This document shows, one piece after another, positions 49,520 to 62,983 of a DNA stretch of 64,000 nt (positions are counted from its first letter, which is position 1; every line of letters begins with the position of its first letter). The DNA is from Macrostomum lignano (Eukaryota): assembly GCA_002269645.1 (NCBI GenBank), contig NIVC01001866.1:1-64000 (forward strand), read 5' to 3'. The notes beneath the pieces are model-generated. The model worked only from the letters and a program-made list of their open reading frames with translations, searched no databases and was not told where the DNA came from. A program made the position numbers and the translations under genes.

Positions 49520-52500
49520 TCCTATATACTAAAAATGAGTTGTCTGTGGGTATGCGATAGATTTCAGAAAAAATGGCTCAACCGATTTTCTTCAAACTTG
49601 CACCATTCGATCAGAAATTCTCCTGGGACGGTACATGCATCTTGGCTAAGAAATTGCTATATATTAAAGGGATTAAATATTCGAAAAACATGCTTTTTTG
49701 CAAAGGTCAAGCAAAATTTTCGACTTGAAATGCATTGTAAGAATGCTAGAGAAAAAACTGACTGGCTGAATTTCAATTCTGATAAAGATTGCATCACAAC
49801 AAGTAGAAAACAGTGCCGAAGAAATGCACACACGACTTGATTTAAATTGCGTAACCAATATTGCTAACTTGAATTGAAACTGATACTGGCTGACTGAGAA
49901 ATTGATTATGTCATAACTTTTTACTCTAATTGACTTGCTGTAAGAATTGAATTATAAGGGCCACAATTGATGTACTCCAATTGAAAAGAGATAGCCCAGA
50001 TGCGAACAGACTGGAATGCTAATGTAGCGACCTGGGTTCGAATCTTAGTAGTGCAAAATAATTTTTTTATTAAAACACCTTGAAAACATGAAACTGCTAA
50101 ACATAAAAGAAGCACAATGTCAAAAATATCAGTGGCACCATGTCGAACATTAAAGAGCCACCATGCCAAACATAAACGAGCCACCATGTCAAGCATTAAA
50201 AAGCCACCATGTCAAACATATTTGTGACTCCATGTAAAACATATATACGTGACTCCATGTCAAACATAAAAGAGCCACCATGTCAAACGTAAAAGAACCG
50301 ACATGTTGAACATTAAAGAGCCACCATGTCAAACGTAAAAGAACCACCATGTCGAACATTAAAGAGCCACCATGTCAAACGTAAAAGAACCGACATGTCG
50401 AACATTAAAGAGCCACCATGTCAAACATTAAAGAGCCACCATGTCAAAAATTAAAGAGCCACTTTGTCATACTTAAAAGAGCCACCATGTCAAACATTAA
50501 AGAGCTACCATGTCAAACATAAAAAAGCCACCATGTCAAACTTTAAAGAGCCACCACGTCGAACGTGAAAAAGCCACCATGTCAAACATAAAAGAGCCAC
50601 CATGTCTAACAATAAAGAACCACCATGTCGAACATTAAAGAGCTACCATGTCAAACATTAACGAGCCACCATGTCAAACATTAAAGAGCCACTTTGTCGA
50701 AAATTAAAGAGCTACCATGTCAAACATAAAAGAGCCAACATGTCGAAAATTAAAGAGCCACCATGTCAAACGTAAAAGAACCACCATGTCGAACATTTAA
50801 GAGCTACAATGTCAAACATTTAAGAGCCACCATGTCAAACGTAAAAGAACCACCATGTCGAACATTTAAAAGCTACAATGTCAAACATTAAAGAGCCACC
50901 ATGTCAAACATTAAAGAGCCACCATGTCAAACATAAAGGAGCCACTTTTTCGAACATTAAAGAGCCACCACGTTGAACATTAAAGAGCCACCATGTCGAA
51001 CATTAAAGAACCACCATGTCAAACATTAAAGAGCCACCATGTCAAATAATAAAGAGCCACCATGTCAAACATTTAAGAGCCACCATGAAAAAAATTTAAA
51101 GAGCCACCATGTCTAACATTAAAGAGCCACCATGTCCAACATGCAACATTAAAGAGCCACCATGTCCAACATATATGTGACTCCATGTCGAACATTAAAG
51201 AGCCACCATGTCTAACATTAAAGAGCCACCATGTCCAACATGCAACATTAAAGAGCCACCATGTCCAACATATATGTGACTCCATGTCGAACATTAAAGA
51301 GCCACCATGTCGAACGTTAAAGAGCCACCATGTCGAACATAAAAGAGCCACCATGTAAAACATTAAAGAGCCACCATGTCTAACATTAAAGAGCCACCAT
51401 GTCGAACGTTAAAGAGCCACCATGTCAAACATTAACGAGTCACCATGTCAAGCGTATACGTGACTCCATGTCAAACATTAAAGAGCCATCATTTCAGACA
51501 TTAAAGTGTCACCATGTCGAACATTAAAAAGCCACCATGTCCAACATTAAAGAGCCACCATGTCTAACATATATGTGACTCCAAGTCGAACATTAAAGAG
51601 CCACCATGTCCAACATGCAACATTAAAGAGCCACCATGTCCAACATATATGTGACTCCATGTCGAACATTAAAGAGCCACCATGTCGAACGTTAAAGAGC
51701 CACCATGTCGAACATAAAAGAGCCACCATGTAAAACATTAAAGAGCCACCATGTCTAACATTAAAGAGCCACCATGTCGAACGTTAAAGAGCCACCATGT
51801 CAAACATTAACGAGTCACCATGTCAAGCGTATACGTGACTCCATGTCAAACATTAAAGAGCCATCATTTCAGACATTAAAGTGTCACCATGTTGAACGTT
51901 AAAGAGCCACCATGTCGAACATTAAAGAGCCACCATGTAAAGCATATATGTGACTCCATGCCAAATATATACATGACTCCATGTCTAACACATACATGAC
52001 TCCATGTCAAACATTAAAGAGCCACCCTGTCGAACGTTAAAGAGCCACAATGTAGAACATTAAAGAGCCACCATGTCAAACAATAAAGAGCCACCATGTT
52101 GAGCATTAAAGCACCACCATGTCGAACGTTAAAGAGCCACCATGTCGAACATTAAAGAGCCACTTTGTCAAACATAGAAGAGCCACCATGTCAAACATAG
52201 AAGAGCCACCATGTCAGACATTGGAAGCCACCGTATCAAACATAAAAGAGTTACCATGTTGAACAAAAAAGAGCCACAATGTAGAACATAAAAGAGCCAC
52301 CCTGTTAAACATAAAATATACACAATTTCAAATGTAAAAGTAAGTGAATTTTAAAGGAGCCGCTATAATGCTAAAGAAATTGTCGCACTAGCTACTTATT
52401 GTCTGGTGGATGCTTGCTATTTGGGGATGCTATCTATCTTGGGGATGCTTGCTATCTGGGGGATGCTTGCTATCTGGGGATGCTTGCTATCTGGGGGATG

Positions 52501-52781
52501 CTTGCTATCTGGGGATGCTTGCTATCTGGGGATGCTTGCTATCTGGGGGATGCTTGCTATCTGGGGATGCTTGCTATCTGGGGGATGCTTGCTATCTGGG
52601 GGATGCTTACTATCTGGGGGATGCTTGCTGTCTTGCGATGATTTCTTTTTGCATTGCACTTCATTTGAGTATTTTGTCTGTTTTCTTTGTGAAGGCTTTA
52701 TTTCGCTATTTTTTTGTTACTTACTTGTAGAGAACAGAGACTCTATATAGATGTCCCCCAACGGGGGGCAAAGATTGCTAG
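49520..52781 (+). mobile_element. Helitron-like array unit 3 (3.3 kb; second subfamily)
   Basis: Starts TCCTATATACTAAAAATG. Carries a 23-mer satellite (ATTAAAGAGCCACCATGTCAAAC, ~50110-52330) and GATGCTTGCTATCTGGG repeats. Ends GTCCCCCAACGGGGGGCAAAGATTGCTAG. Confidence 0.85.
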
Positions 52782-55601
52782 TATATACTAAAAATGAAAT
52801 GTCTGTAACTAGCTATGCGATAGATTTCAGAAAAAATGGCTCAACCGATTTTCTTCAAACTTGCACCATTCGATCAGAAATTTTCCTGGGACGGTACATG
52901 CATCCTGGCTAAGAAATTGCTCAATTTTAAAGGGATTAAATATTCGAAAAACATGCTTTTTTGCAAAGGTCAAGCAGCTCTTTCGACCTGGAATGCATTG
53001 TAAGAATGCTAGAGAAAAAACTGACTGGCTGAATTCCGATTGTGATAAAGATTGCATCACAACAATTTGAAAACAGTGTCGAAGAAATGCACACCCGACT
53101 TGATTAAAATTGTGTAACCATATTGCTAACTTCAATTAAGACTGATACTGGCTGACTGAGAAATTGATTATGTCATAAATTTTTACTCTAACCGACTTGC
53201 GACTTTCTAACCGAATTGAATTATAAGGGCCACAATTCATGTGCTCCAATTAAAAAAAGATAGCCTAGATGCGAACAGACTGGACTGCTAATGTAGCGAA
53301 CTGGGTTCGAATCTTGGTAGCGCAAAATGATTTTTTATTAAAACACCTTAAAAACAAAAAACTGCTAAACATAAAAGAAGCGCTATGTCAAACATACAAG
53401 AGCCACAATGTAAAACATTAAAGAGCCACCATTTCAAACCTAAAAGAGCCACCATGTCGAACATTAAAGAGCCACCATGTCGAACATTAAAGAGCCACAA
53501 TGTCAAACATTAAAGAGCCACCATTTCAAACCTAAAAGAGCCACCATGTCGAACATTAAAGAGCCACCATGTCGAACATTAAAAAGCCACCATGTAAAAA
53601 ATTAAAGAGCCACCATTTCAAACCTAAAAGAGCCACCATGTCGAACATTAAAGAGCCACCATGTCAAACATGAAAAAGCCATTATATCAAACATAAAAGA
53701 ACTACCATGTCAAACATTAAAGAGCCACCATGTCGAACATTAAAGAGCCACCATGTCAAACATAAAACAGACACCATTAAGAACATTAAAGAGCCACCAT
53801 GTCGAACATTAAAGAGCCACCATGTCAAACATAAAACAGCCAACATTTCGAAAATTAAAGAGCCACTATGTCAAACATTAAAGAGCCACCATGTCCAACA
53901 TTAAAGAGCCAACATTTCAAACCTAAAAGAGCCACCATGTCGAACATTAAAAAGCCACCATGTCAAACATTAAAGAGCCACAATGTCAAACATTAAAGAG
54001 CCACCATTTCAAACCTAAAAGAGCCACCATGTCGAACATTAAAGAGCCACCCTGTCGAACATCAAAGAGCCACAATGTCGAACATTAAAAAGCCACCATG
54101 TAAAAAATTAAAGAGCCACCATTTCAAACCTAAAAGAGCCACCATGTCGAACATTAAAGAGCCACCATGTCAAACATAAAAAAGCCACCATATCAAACAT
54201 AAAAGAACTACCATGTCAAACATTAAAGAGCCACCATGTCGAACATTAAAGAGCCACCATGTCAAACATAAAACAGAGCCACCATGTCAAACATAAAACA
54301 GAGCCACCATTTCGAAAATTAAAGAGCCACCATGTCAAACATTAAAGAGCCACCATGTCGAACATTAAAGAGCCACCATGTCGAACATTAAAGAGCCACC
54401 GTGTCAAACATAAAACAGCCACTATTTCGAACATTAAAGAGCCACCATGTCAAACATAAAACAGCCACTATGTCGAACATTAAAGAGCAACCATGTCAGA
54501 CATAAAACAGAGCCACCATTTCGAAAATTAAAGAGCCACCATGTCAAAAATTAAAGAGCCACCATGTCGAACATTAAAGAGCCACCATGTCAAAGATAAA
54601 AGAGCCACCATGTCAAACATTGAAGAGACCCCATGTCAAACATTAAAGAGCCACCATGTCAAATATTAAAGAGTCACCAGGTCAAACATATACATGACTC
54701 CATGTCAAACATTGAAGAGCCACCATGTCGAACATTAAAGAGCCACCATGTCTAACATAAAAGAGCCACCATGTCAAACATTAAAGGGCCACCATGTCAA
54801 ACATAAAACAGACACCATGTCGAACATTAAAGAGCCACCATGTCGAACATTAAAGAGCCACCATGTCAAACATAAAACAGCCACCATTTCGAAAATTAAA
54901 GAGCCACCATGTCAAACATTAAAGAGCCACCATGTCAAACATTAAAGAGCCACCATGTCAAACATATACATGACTCCATGTCAAACATTGAAGAGACACC
55001 ATGTCTAACATTAAAGAGCCACCATGGCAAACATATACATGACTCCATGTCAAACATTAAAGAGACAACATGTCAAACATTAAAGAGCCACCATGTCGAA
55101 CATTAAAGAGCCACCATGTCAAACATAAAAGAGCCACCATGTCAAACATAAAAGAGCCACTATGTCAAACAATAAAGAGACACCATGTCAGACATTAAGA
55201 AAACCCCGAATCAAACATAAGAGAGCCACCATGTAGAACATAAAAGAGCCACCATGTCAAACATTAAAGAGCCACCAAGTCAAACATAAAATTTACACAA
55301 TTTCAAACGTAAAATTAAGCGTCATGCCAATTTTAAAGGAGCCACTATAGAGCTAAGGAAATTGTAGCACTAGCTACTTATTTTATGGTGGATGCTTACT
55401 TTTTCGGGATGCTTGCTATCTGGGGGATGCTTGCAATCTGGGGGATGCTTGCTGTCTTGGGATGATTTCTTTTTGCATTACACTTTATTAGAGCAGTTTG
55501 TCTGTCGTCTTTGTGAAGGCTTTATTTGGCTGTCTTTTTGTTACTTGTAGAGAACAGAGATTCTATCCAGATGTCCCCCAACGGGGGGCGAAGATTGCTA
55601 G
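52782..55601 (+). mobile_element. Helitron-like array unit 4 (2.8 kb; second subfamily)
   Basis: Starts TATATACTAAAAATG directly after CTAG. The 23-mer satellite spans ~53365-55300. Ends GTCCCCCAACGGGGGGCGAAGATTGCTAG|T. Confidence 0.85.
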
Positions 55602-55735
55602 TCCCCAAATCTCATTTTCCAATCTCATATCCCCAAATCTCGTATCCTCAAATCTCATAACCCCAAATCTCGTATTCCCAAATATCACATTCCCAAATCT
55701 CATATCCCGAAATCCCATATCCCGCAGATCTCATA
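55602..55735. repeat. Degenerate ~15-bp repeat (CCCAAATCTCATATC)n; target of the Helitron array, left part at 41431-41456
   Basis: Joining ...aaatctcata (41456) to tccccaaatctc... (55602) restores the repeat. Confidence 0.85.
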
Positions 55736-56494
55736 TGCACTGTTTAGTCTTGTATAGATATTCTGCTTTTAGGGAAGGCGGTTTGTACGGCAATTATCAC
55801 TAAGGGCTTAAAATATTAGAAATATATGCACCAACAAAATTTTGGCACAAATGCGCAGTGAAAGTAAAACAGTACATCAGTCAGCTTACAGTGCTTCACC
55901 GTCCTTCGGAAAGCATCGTAGGTCACATGATCAAGTTCGTACAGAAGCAATCTTGGCCATAAACGCAGGTTATTAAGTTCTTACTGTTTCTGTAGATAAG
56001 TTCCATTTTTTCAACAGAAGAAATCGCGAACAGCAAATCGATAAAGCCAGTACACAAGTATGTACATATTTTGATTCTGCCTTTTAATTTTATGTACAAG
56101 AAGTGTACATCTGAACACCTTTTATAGCTGCGATTTTGCATATTCATTTATGCGAGTTAATGGCTAACCAAATGATCATTTTGGAGTGAACTAAGAAAAG
56201 TACTTTTGGCGAAGGCTAATTAATTGCACATTCAATACACATTTACACCGCTGTCAAAAGAAGTGAGACGTACCACTACACATAGCAGTGCAGTCGGGCC
56301 TAACGCAATCAATGTCAACTAGTATAGCATTGATCAGAAGAAGTACGTGACAGCCGTCAAATCTATATATGTGCGCTGCAAGTCAGTCTTGAATTAGTTT
56401 AAACAGACTGAACACTGATTTGAACAATCTTAAATCCGAAGAGCTTTCGGTGGTAAAATGTCAGTATCTTTGCCTTTTTGCTTTCTTATCTCCC

Positions 56495-56830
56495 ATGCTC
56501 TTATCCCTCTCCCTAATCCACTGATCCCTGTACCTAATTCCCTGATCCCTCTCCTTAATCCCCTGATCCCTCTCCCTAATCCCCTGATCCCTCTCCCTAA
56601 TCCCATGATCCCTCTTCTTAATCATCTGATCCCTCTCCCTAATCCACTAATCCCTGTACCTAATTCCCTGATCCCACTCCCTAATCCTTTGATTCCTCTC
56701 CCTAATCCTCTGATCCCTCTCCTTCATAATCGGATCCCTTAATACCCTAATCCCCTGACCCTTGTTCGATCTCTCTCTTAATCTGATCAATGTTCCAGCC
56801 TCCCTATTCAATCCTCTAACTTCTATCATT
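56495..56830. repeat. 21-bp minisatellite (CTAATCCCCTGATCCCTCTCC)n
   Basis: Direct read. Confidence 0.9.
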
Positions 56831-57554
56831 GGTACGATATCGTTCCCCTCATCATCTCGCATCGCACATTTTTAATCCCTACTCATCCACGCAATCATTG
56901 ATGCAAAATGAAAATGAAAATTGAATTTTATCAAACAGAAACTGTTAATTTTCGCAGGTTTCTATAGCTTCATCTTGATAGCGCAGACTCGCCATGGAAC
57001 TCTTTATCTTAACAAGTCAGCATAACCGCAGTGTAAATTCTGAATATCTTGTTAACAGCGGGGGGCACTGGGGTCTGGGGTTCTGTCGCCCAAGATAAGG
57101 CAAAGCCGGACCCAACTCCCAAACCTTCAGATTGAAATGTGTTTTTGCCGCTCAAAACTGTTTGCCCAGTTGCATAATAGCAAGACCAGGGTACGCAGAT
57201 AAGACCGGCTCCTTCGTGAATTAGTTATACACACTCGCTCACCGCAGTGCCATCTGTCTGTCCTGGACATAGTCTGCTTCTGCTTGTAGTAAGAGTTTAG
57301 CCCATAGTGGACGGCAGTCAGTCAGTCTATTAAAGAGATCACCGCTGGGCGACGGGGGGGGGCAGACGGAGCGATTGTCCAGCACCCCTGCGGCGCCTGT
57401 CCGTCAGGAGAAAATCCTGCACGCCCGACACCGAAATTATTAAGGGAGCTTTGAAAAAATAATTTCCGATTAGGGGTGATTTCCTTTTTAATTGTGCTGT
57501 GGGAGTTTACTGGTTGGTGAAGATTCGGGTTAATATAGTGATAATGCATTCATT

Positions 57555-57692
57555 GATGTCCCGCAACCATGCAGCGCTGAGGCAATTTTGCGCATTCCGC
57601 TGACTCCTGAGCACACAAGCGCACCAATGCTGTACACAGGCACGCACTCATACACACGCTCACACAGGGTGTACAGCGGCCCTGACTTTCTA
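57555..57692 (+). mobile_element. Dispersed repeat copy 3
   Basis: Matches 5534-5665. Confidence 0.7.
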
Positions 57693-57729
57693 AGGGTAGG
57701 CTCTGCTGAGCTACCTTGCCCCCCCCTTG

Positions 57730-58392
57730 ATTCAGGTTGATTAATATTCGGGTTGGTGAAGATTCCGGTTGGTGAAGATTCAGGTTGATGAAGATTCAGG
57801 TTGGTGAAGATTCGGGTTGGTGAAGATTAGGGTTGGTGAAGATTCCGGTTGGTGAAGATTCAGGTTAGTGAAGATTCGGGTTGGTGAAGATTCGGGTTGG
57901 TGAAGATTTGGGTTGGTGAAGATTCGGGTTGGTGAAGATTCGGGTTGGTGAAGATTCGGGTTGGTGAAGATTCGGGTTGGTGAAGATTCGGGTTGGTGAA
58001 GATTCGGGTTGGTGAAGATTCGGGTTGGTGAAGATTCGGGTTGGTGAAGATTCGGGTTGGTGAAGATTCGGGTTGGTGAAGATTCGTGTTGGTGAAGATT
58101 CGGGTTGGTGAAGATTTGGGTTGGTCAAGATTCGGGTTGGTGAAGATTCCGGTTGGTGAAGATTCGGGTTGGTGAAGATTCGGGCTGGTTAAGATTCAGG
58201 TTGGTGAAGATTCGGGCTGGTTAAGATTCAGGTTGGTGAAGATTCGGGTTGATGGCGATTCGAGTTGGTGAAGATTCGAGTTGGTGAGGATTCGAGTTGG
58301 TGAAGATTCGAGTTGGTGAGGATTCGAGTTGGTGAAGATTCGAGTTGGTGAGGATTCGAGTTGGTGAAGATTCGGGTTGGTGAGGATTCGCG
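57730..58392. repeat. 16-bp minisatellite (GATTCGGGTTGGTGAA)n
   Basis: Direct read. Confidence 0.96.
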
Positions 58393-59464
58393 AAGAATCG
58401 GTGGTCAGTATGGTTAGTTTTTCGAATTGACTCCCGGTTGCCATGACCACAAAGGCAAAGTCATGAGATTTTCGAGACTTTCCATTCACGCCTGTCGACA
58501 AGCCCGCACGACGCTTTTGTCCAAGCTCCTAATTAACATATGCAAATTAGTTGAATTTTATCAAAGCAATCGCCAGCGCAGATTTAGTTTGCGCAGCGCT
58601 ACATGCTAGGCAATCCCGAATGCGAGATTTTCAAGTTCCGCGGATTATTGTCGCCGACACGCTCACTGACTTCGAACACTCCTAAGTTTGGTTTGCATGG
58701 CAACAAAAGAAAGGTTCCACGCAGATTGGAAATCTGCATAGTTACTCTTTCAGTTTAAATAGTCCTCTTTGTAGGCTCGGGTGTCCTATAAAGAGAGTTT
58801 AGCAAGTACTGGTTGGCTCGGATTACCTGGGTCAAGCACCGTGTGTTAGTTTCTGTGGCGCATAATAGACTGTTGCGCAATAAGAGCCAGTCAAGGATGA
58901 CTGTCTCGTACATAGATACTCTTATTCTAACTGGTAAATGGGCCTAATTAAAGCGAGGTAGTGTCTCTGAGGTACAAAATTTCTACACGTTTCAAGGTAC
59001 GGATCGCCCCTCACACTCAACCAGGGCGTCCACTTTTATTGCTCGCCGTAATTCAACAGTGCTGGGCTCAATCAGTGTAATAAATTCTACACTCTGAGGA
59101 AGAGACAACACTGAAAATGTGTCCAATGGATGCGCACCAGTGTGTATTGTATATAACTGTAAATAGTATTGGATACGACCGTAGTTCATCCAGATGATTT
59201 ATGAACGCAAAACTCATCTCCATCAGGGCCATCAGTGCTTTTTGCCATTAAAAATGGGGCATCCGTTATCAGTTTTGGCCATCTAATACTGTTACTATAG
59301 TGGTTGTTGGAGTTGTGACTGATTTTTTATTGTCTATCTACCTTGGAAATCGATTGAAAATATGGCATCATCGTTTGACCCTTTAAGTGCTTCACAATGA
59401 CCAACTATAGCTTGGGCGGTCTAATTCATGGAGAGGAAGATTTCTAAGAGACTACTGGCGTTCT

Positions 59465-60535
59465 TGTGCTGGCGCCCCTTGTGCTGGCGCCCCTGGTGCT
59501 GGCGCCCCTGGTGCTGGCGCCCCTGGTGCTGGCGCCCCTGGTGCTGGCGCCCCTGGTGCTGGCGCCCCTGGTGCTGGCGCCCCTGGTGCTGGCGCCCCTG
59601 GTGCTGGCGCCCCTGGTGCTGGCGCCCCTGGTGCTGGCGCCCCTGGTGCTGGCGCCCCTGGTGCTGGCGCCCCTGGTGCTGGCGCCCCTGGTGCTGGCGC
59701 CCCTGGTGCTGGCGCCCCTGGTGCTGGCGCCCCTGGTGCTGGCGCCCCTGGTGCTGGCGCCCCTGGTGCTGGCGCCCCTGGTGCTGGCGCCCCTGGTGCT
59801 GGCGCCCCTGGTGCTGGCGCCCCTGGTGCTGGCGCCCCTGGTGCTGGCGCCCCTGGTGCTGGCGCCCCTGGTGCTGGCGCCCCTGGTGCTGGCGCCCCTG
59901 GTGCTAAAGCCCCTTGTGCTAAAGCCCCTGGTGCTAAAGCCCCTTGTGCTAAAGCCCCTGGTGCTAAAGCCCCTTGTGCTAAAGCCCCTGGTGCTAAAGC
60001 CCCTGGTGCTAAAGCCCCTGGTGCTAAAGCCCCTTGTGCTAAAGCCCCTGGTGCTAAAGCCCCTGGTGCTAAAGCCCCTGGTGCTAAAGCCCCTGGTGCT
60101 AAAGCCCCTGGTGCTAAAGCCCCTGGTGCTAAAGCCCCTGGTGCTAAAGCCCCTGGTGCTAAAGCCCCTGATGCTAAAGCCCCTGGTGCTAAAGCCCCTG
60201 GTGCTAAAGCCCCTGCTGCTAAAGCCCCTGCTGCTAAAGCCCCTGCTGCTAAAGCCCCGGTGCTAAAGCCCCTGCTGCTAAAGCCCCTGGTGCTAAAGCC
60301 CCTGGTGCTAAAGCCCCTGCTGCTAAAGCCCCTGCTGCTAAAGCCCCTGCTGCTAAAGCCCCTGCTGCTAAAGCCCCGGTGCTAAAGCCCCTGCTGCTAA
60401 AGCCCCTGCTGCTAAAGCCCCTGGTGCTAAAGCCCCTGGTGCTAAAGCCCCTGCTGCTAAAGCCCCTGCTGCTAAAGCCCCGGTGCTAAAGCCCCTGCTT
60501 CTAAAGACCCGGTGCTAGAGTCCCGGTGCTAAGCC
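59465..60535. repeat. 15-bp GC-rich minisatellite (CCTGGTGCTGGCGCC)n grading into (CCTGGTGCTAAAGCC)n
   Basis: Direct read; the unit switches near 59905. Confidence 0.97.
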
Positions 60536-62983
60536 CCTGTTGCTGTGGTGTTGGCAACCCTGCTGTCCCTTGGTGGTGGTGCCCTCTAAATGGCGCCTCT
60601 GGTACTGACGCCCCTCGCTGTCAACCCGCGCTGCATGGCGGCGCCCTTGGCCCCTCCCAAAATGCAGCACTCAATAAAAAATCCTGGTTACGTGTACTAT
60701 CCTGAGACTGTTTCCATATAAATGCAAAATCCTTATGGCTGTAACCAAAATGCAAAAGTTGGCCATATGCAAGCATTCAAACAAATACGAGTAGTTGTTA
60801 CACATGTAACATGCGTCGCAGACTAAAATCGAACGAAATTCCAACCGGGTACACACCAACACACCGGTGTTTGCAGTCCACTCTCTCGCCTTCCATACTT
60901 TATAATATAATACACATTATACGGCACGTCTATTATGCATTTCCTACTCCGCACGTGTTCTAAAATGAAGCTTTAGCCGAGTGGGAAAGTGTGTGTGTGG
61001 TGTGTAAATTATTCACCAAATAGGCAGGTGGGTGGGGCTGCGGTCAGGACCGGACTTTGCGAGATCAAATTTTTAGCTCTTGTCCACTATATCTCTGTCC
61101 ACACCTGGCCCCCTTGTCCGAAATAGCTCAAGGTAAAGATCTTTGTTGCTAAGGCTCGGGCCCGTGCTCACTTCATCCTCATATCGGCCATCTCGGGAAT
61201 GGAAGAGAAGGCCGGAGGGGATCAGGGCCAGGGGACTCGAAGGGAGGGATATGGCACCGCGTGAGGTAGAATTATAATAAGTCTAAGAAAGAACCGCACT
61301 ACTTATTAATTTAATTAGGGTTTCGCCATTCTCCTAGCCTGATTGAAAGCTTCCCACTTAAATGGGATTGGTAAGCTGTAGGAGGGAACTCGACATTTCC
61401 AATTGTTTCATATATTCCGGTCCCATGCCTGGGGGGATTCCTCAGCGGACCCACCTCTCTCAGAGATGGAAAATCTGAGATACTAACACTACTACGTTGC
61501 TGTTAAGGAGAAGGTCTTTATGCTCACCCAAGCAGGGGTAGCGATCTGAGCCGAACAAGTCGAGAAAATTCTAAGCGAGAATTTTTACTATTGTGTTTTC
61601 AATTACCCGCAACCATTAAAATCGTCGACACTGCATGCATGTCTACATTGATTTAGTCAATCAAACTAAACTATGTTGATCGACTAGGTTCCGTGGTTAC
61701 TCCTGTACATATATGTACATGTACGCTTGTTCTTTTTGATCATACGAGCTTTTTATAAAAATTTTAAATTCATGATTGCTCTCTTGAAAGTTTAAAATTA
61801 ATTACATTAAGGGCTTGCATACATGTCAGATAAATATTTTTTTCGACAGCCATCGAGTAAACGTCATTTATTCAACACAAGTAAGCATTTAAAAGTAAAT
61901 AAACTTATATTCATTTTGCTTCTCTTTAGCTTAGCTTTAGCGGGGGAATTCCTTATTGATTTTATCCTAAGGTAGCTAAAAAAAATCAACTGTACCTGCA
62001 AAAAAGCACTGCAGGCTTTAAATGTTGATTGACTTTCTAATATATGTACTTTTTAACTTAGACCTGAAAAATAGTTCTTACTTTAATCTATATAGAAAAC
62101 CGTATAGTTGCAACTGTTGCCGTCTTGCTGAAAATGAATATTCTCCGAGATGGAAAATTTGTTATAATATTTTGATTATTAGAAACACACGAAAAAACAA
62201 AACAACAAAAATTAAAAAGAGAACTCCGCCGTGGATCACGTGTGACGAGTTTATTTAGTTCGAGAACATGGGACTGATGCGCGTGCGCGTGCTGAGTCTG
62301 AGTGTTGATCTTGTCCTAGGCCAATATACGTATTATTAATTTAACAACTCAATTGCTAGTCTGAATAATGGTGAGTAGGTCAGAAGCAGTATGGCAATGC
62401 CAACTATTACCAAAGGGTAACCTGAGACGATAATATAATGTTAATGCCACCCAGCCTACGGGAACTAAGACCAACACACAGAGCGCAGGACTCTACACAA
62501 AAACTATCAAGAAGCAAAATTTGAATAACTGCACTAATTGAAAATAGAAAAACAAAATTAAACCAAATGAGGAAAGTAACTAAAAAATAAGTTACAAACA
62601 TTAGACCAAAATAGATATAGTTTTAAATATTAATTGCAAAAAAACATAAATACGAAATTGAACATTTTCAATACAGAAGCGACGACGTTACATCCGCCCC
62701 TTTCCGCAAAAATTAGGGAACGGCCTGGCGATCTTATGAATTCGAAAATAACAGGGCTTAAAATGTAATAAAATGTCAACGAAGTTGTTATTTGAGCGCA
62801 CTCGAACTCCACAAATATTGGTTGGGAATAAAAGCAGTAGACGATCGATTAAGCAATAAGTAACGATATAAAATTCAGTAATATAACTATTGTATATTCG
62901 CGAAAAATTAATTGAGAGACAAACGGTCAGAAGGAATCAAAAGTGGATTAAGACATACGAGCGAACGAAACGCCAAAGGAGGC

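Noticed and set aside
58436-58704. Two RFX X-box-like motifs (GTTGCCATGACCAC, GTTTGCATGGCAAC)
   Set aside because: Both deviate from the consensus and no adjacent gene start could be identified.
59428-60266. Long ORFs (VLAPL)n / (CWRPW)n, and similar repeat ORFs at 9320-10222, 11171-11802, 21197-22036, 23932-24483, 27689-28635, 42122-43391, 57865-58501 and 62890-63876
   Set aside because: These are translations of stop-free tandem repeats, mostly intronic or inside TEs, with no splice or start context and no domain content.
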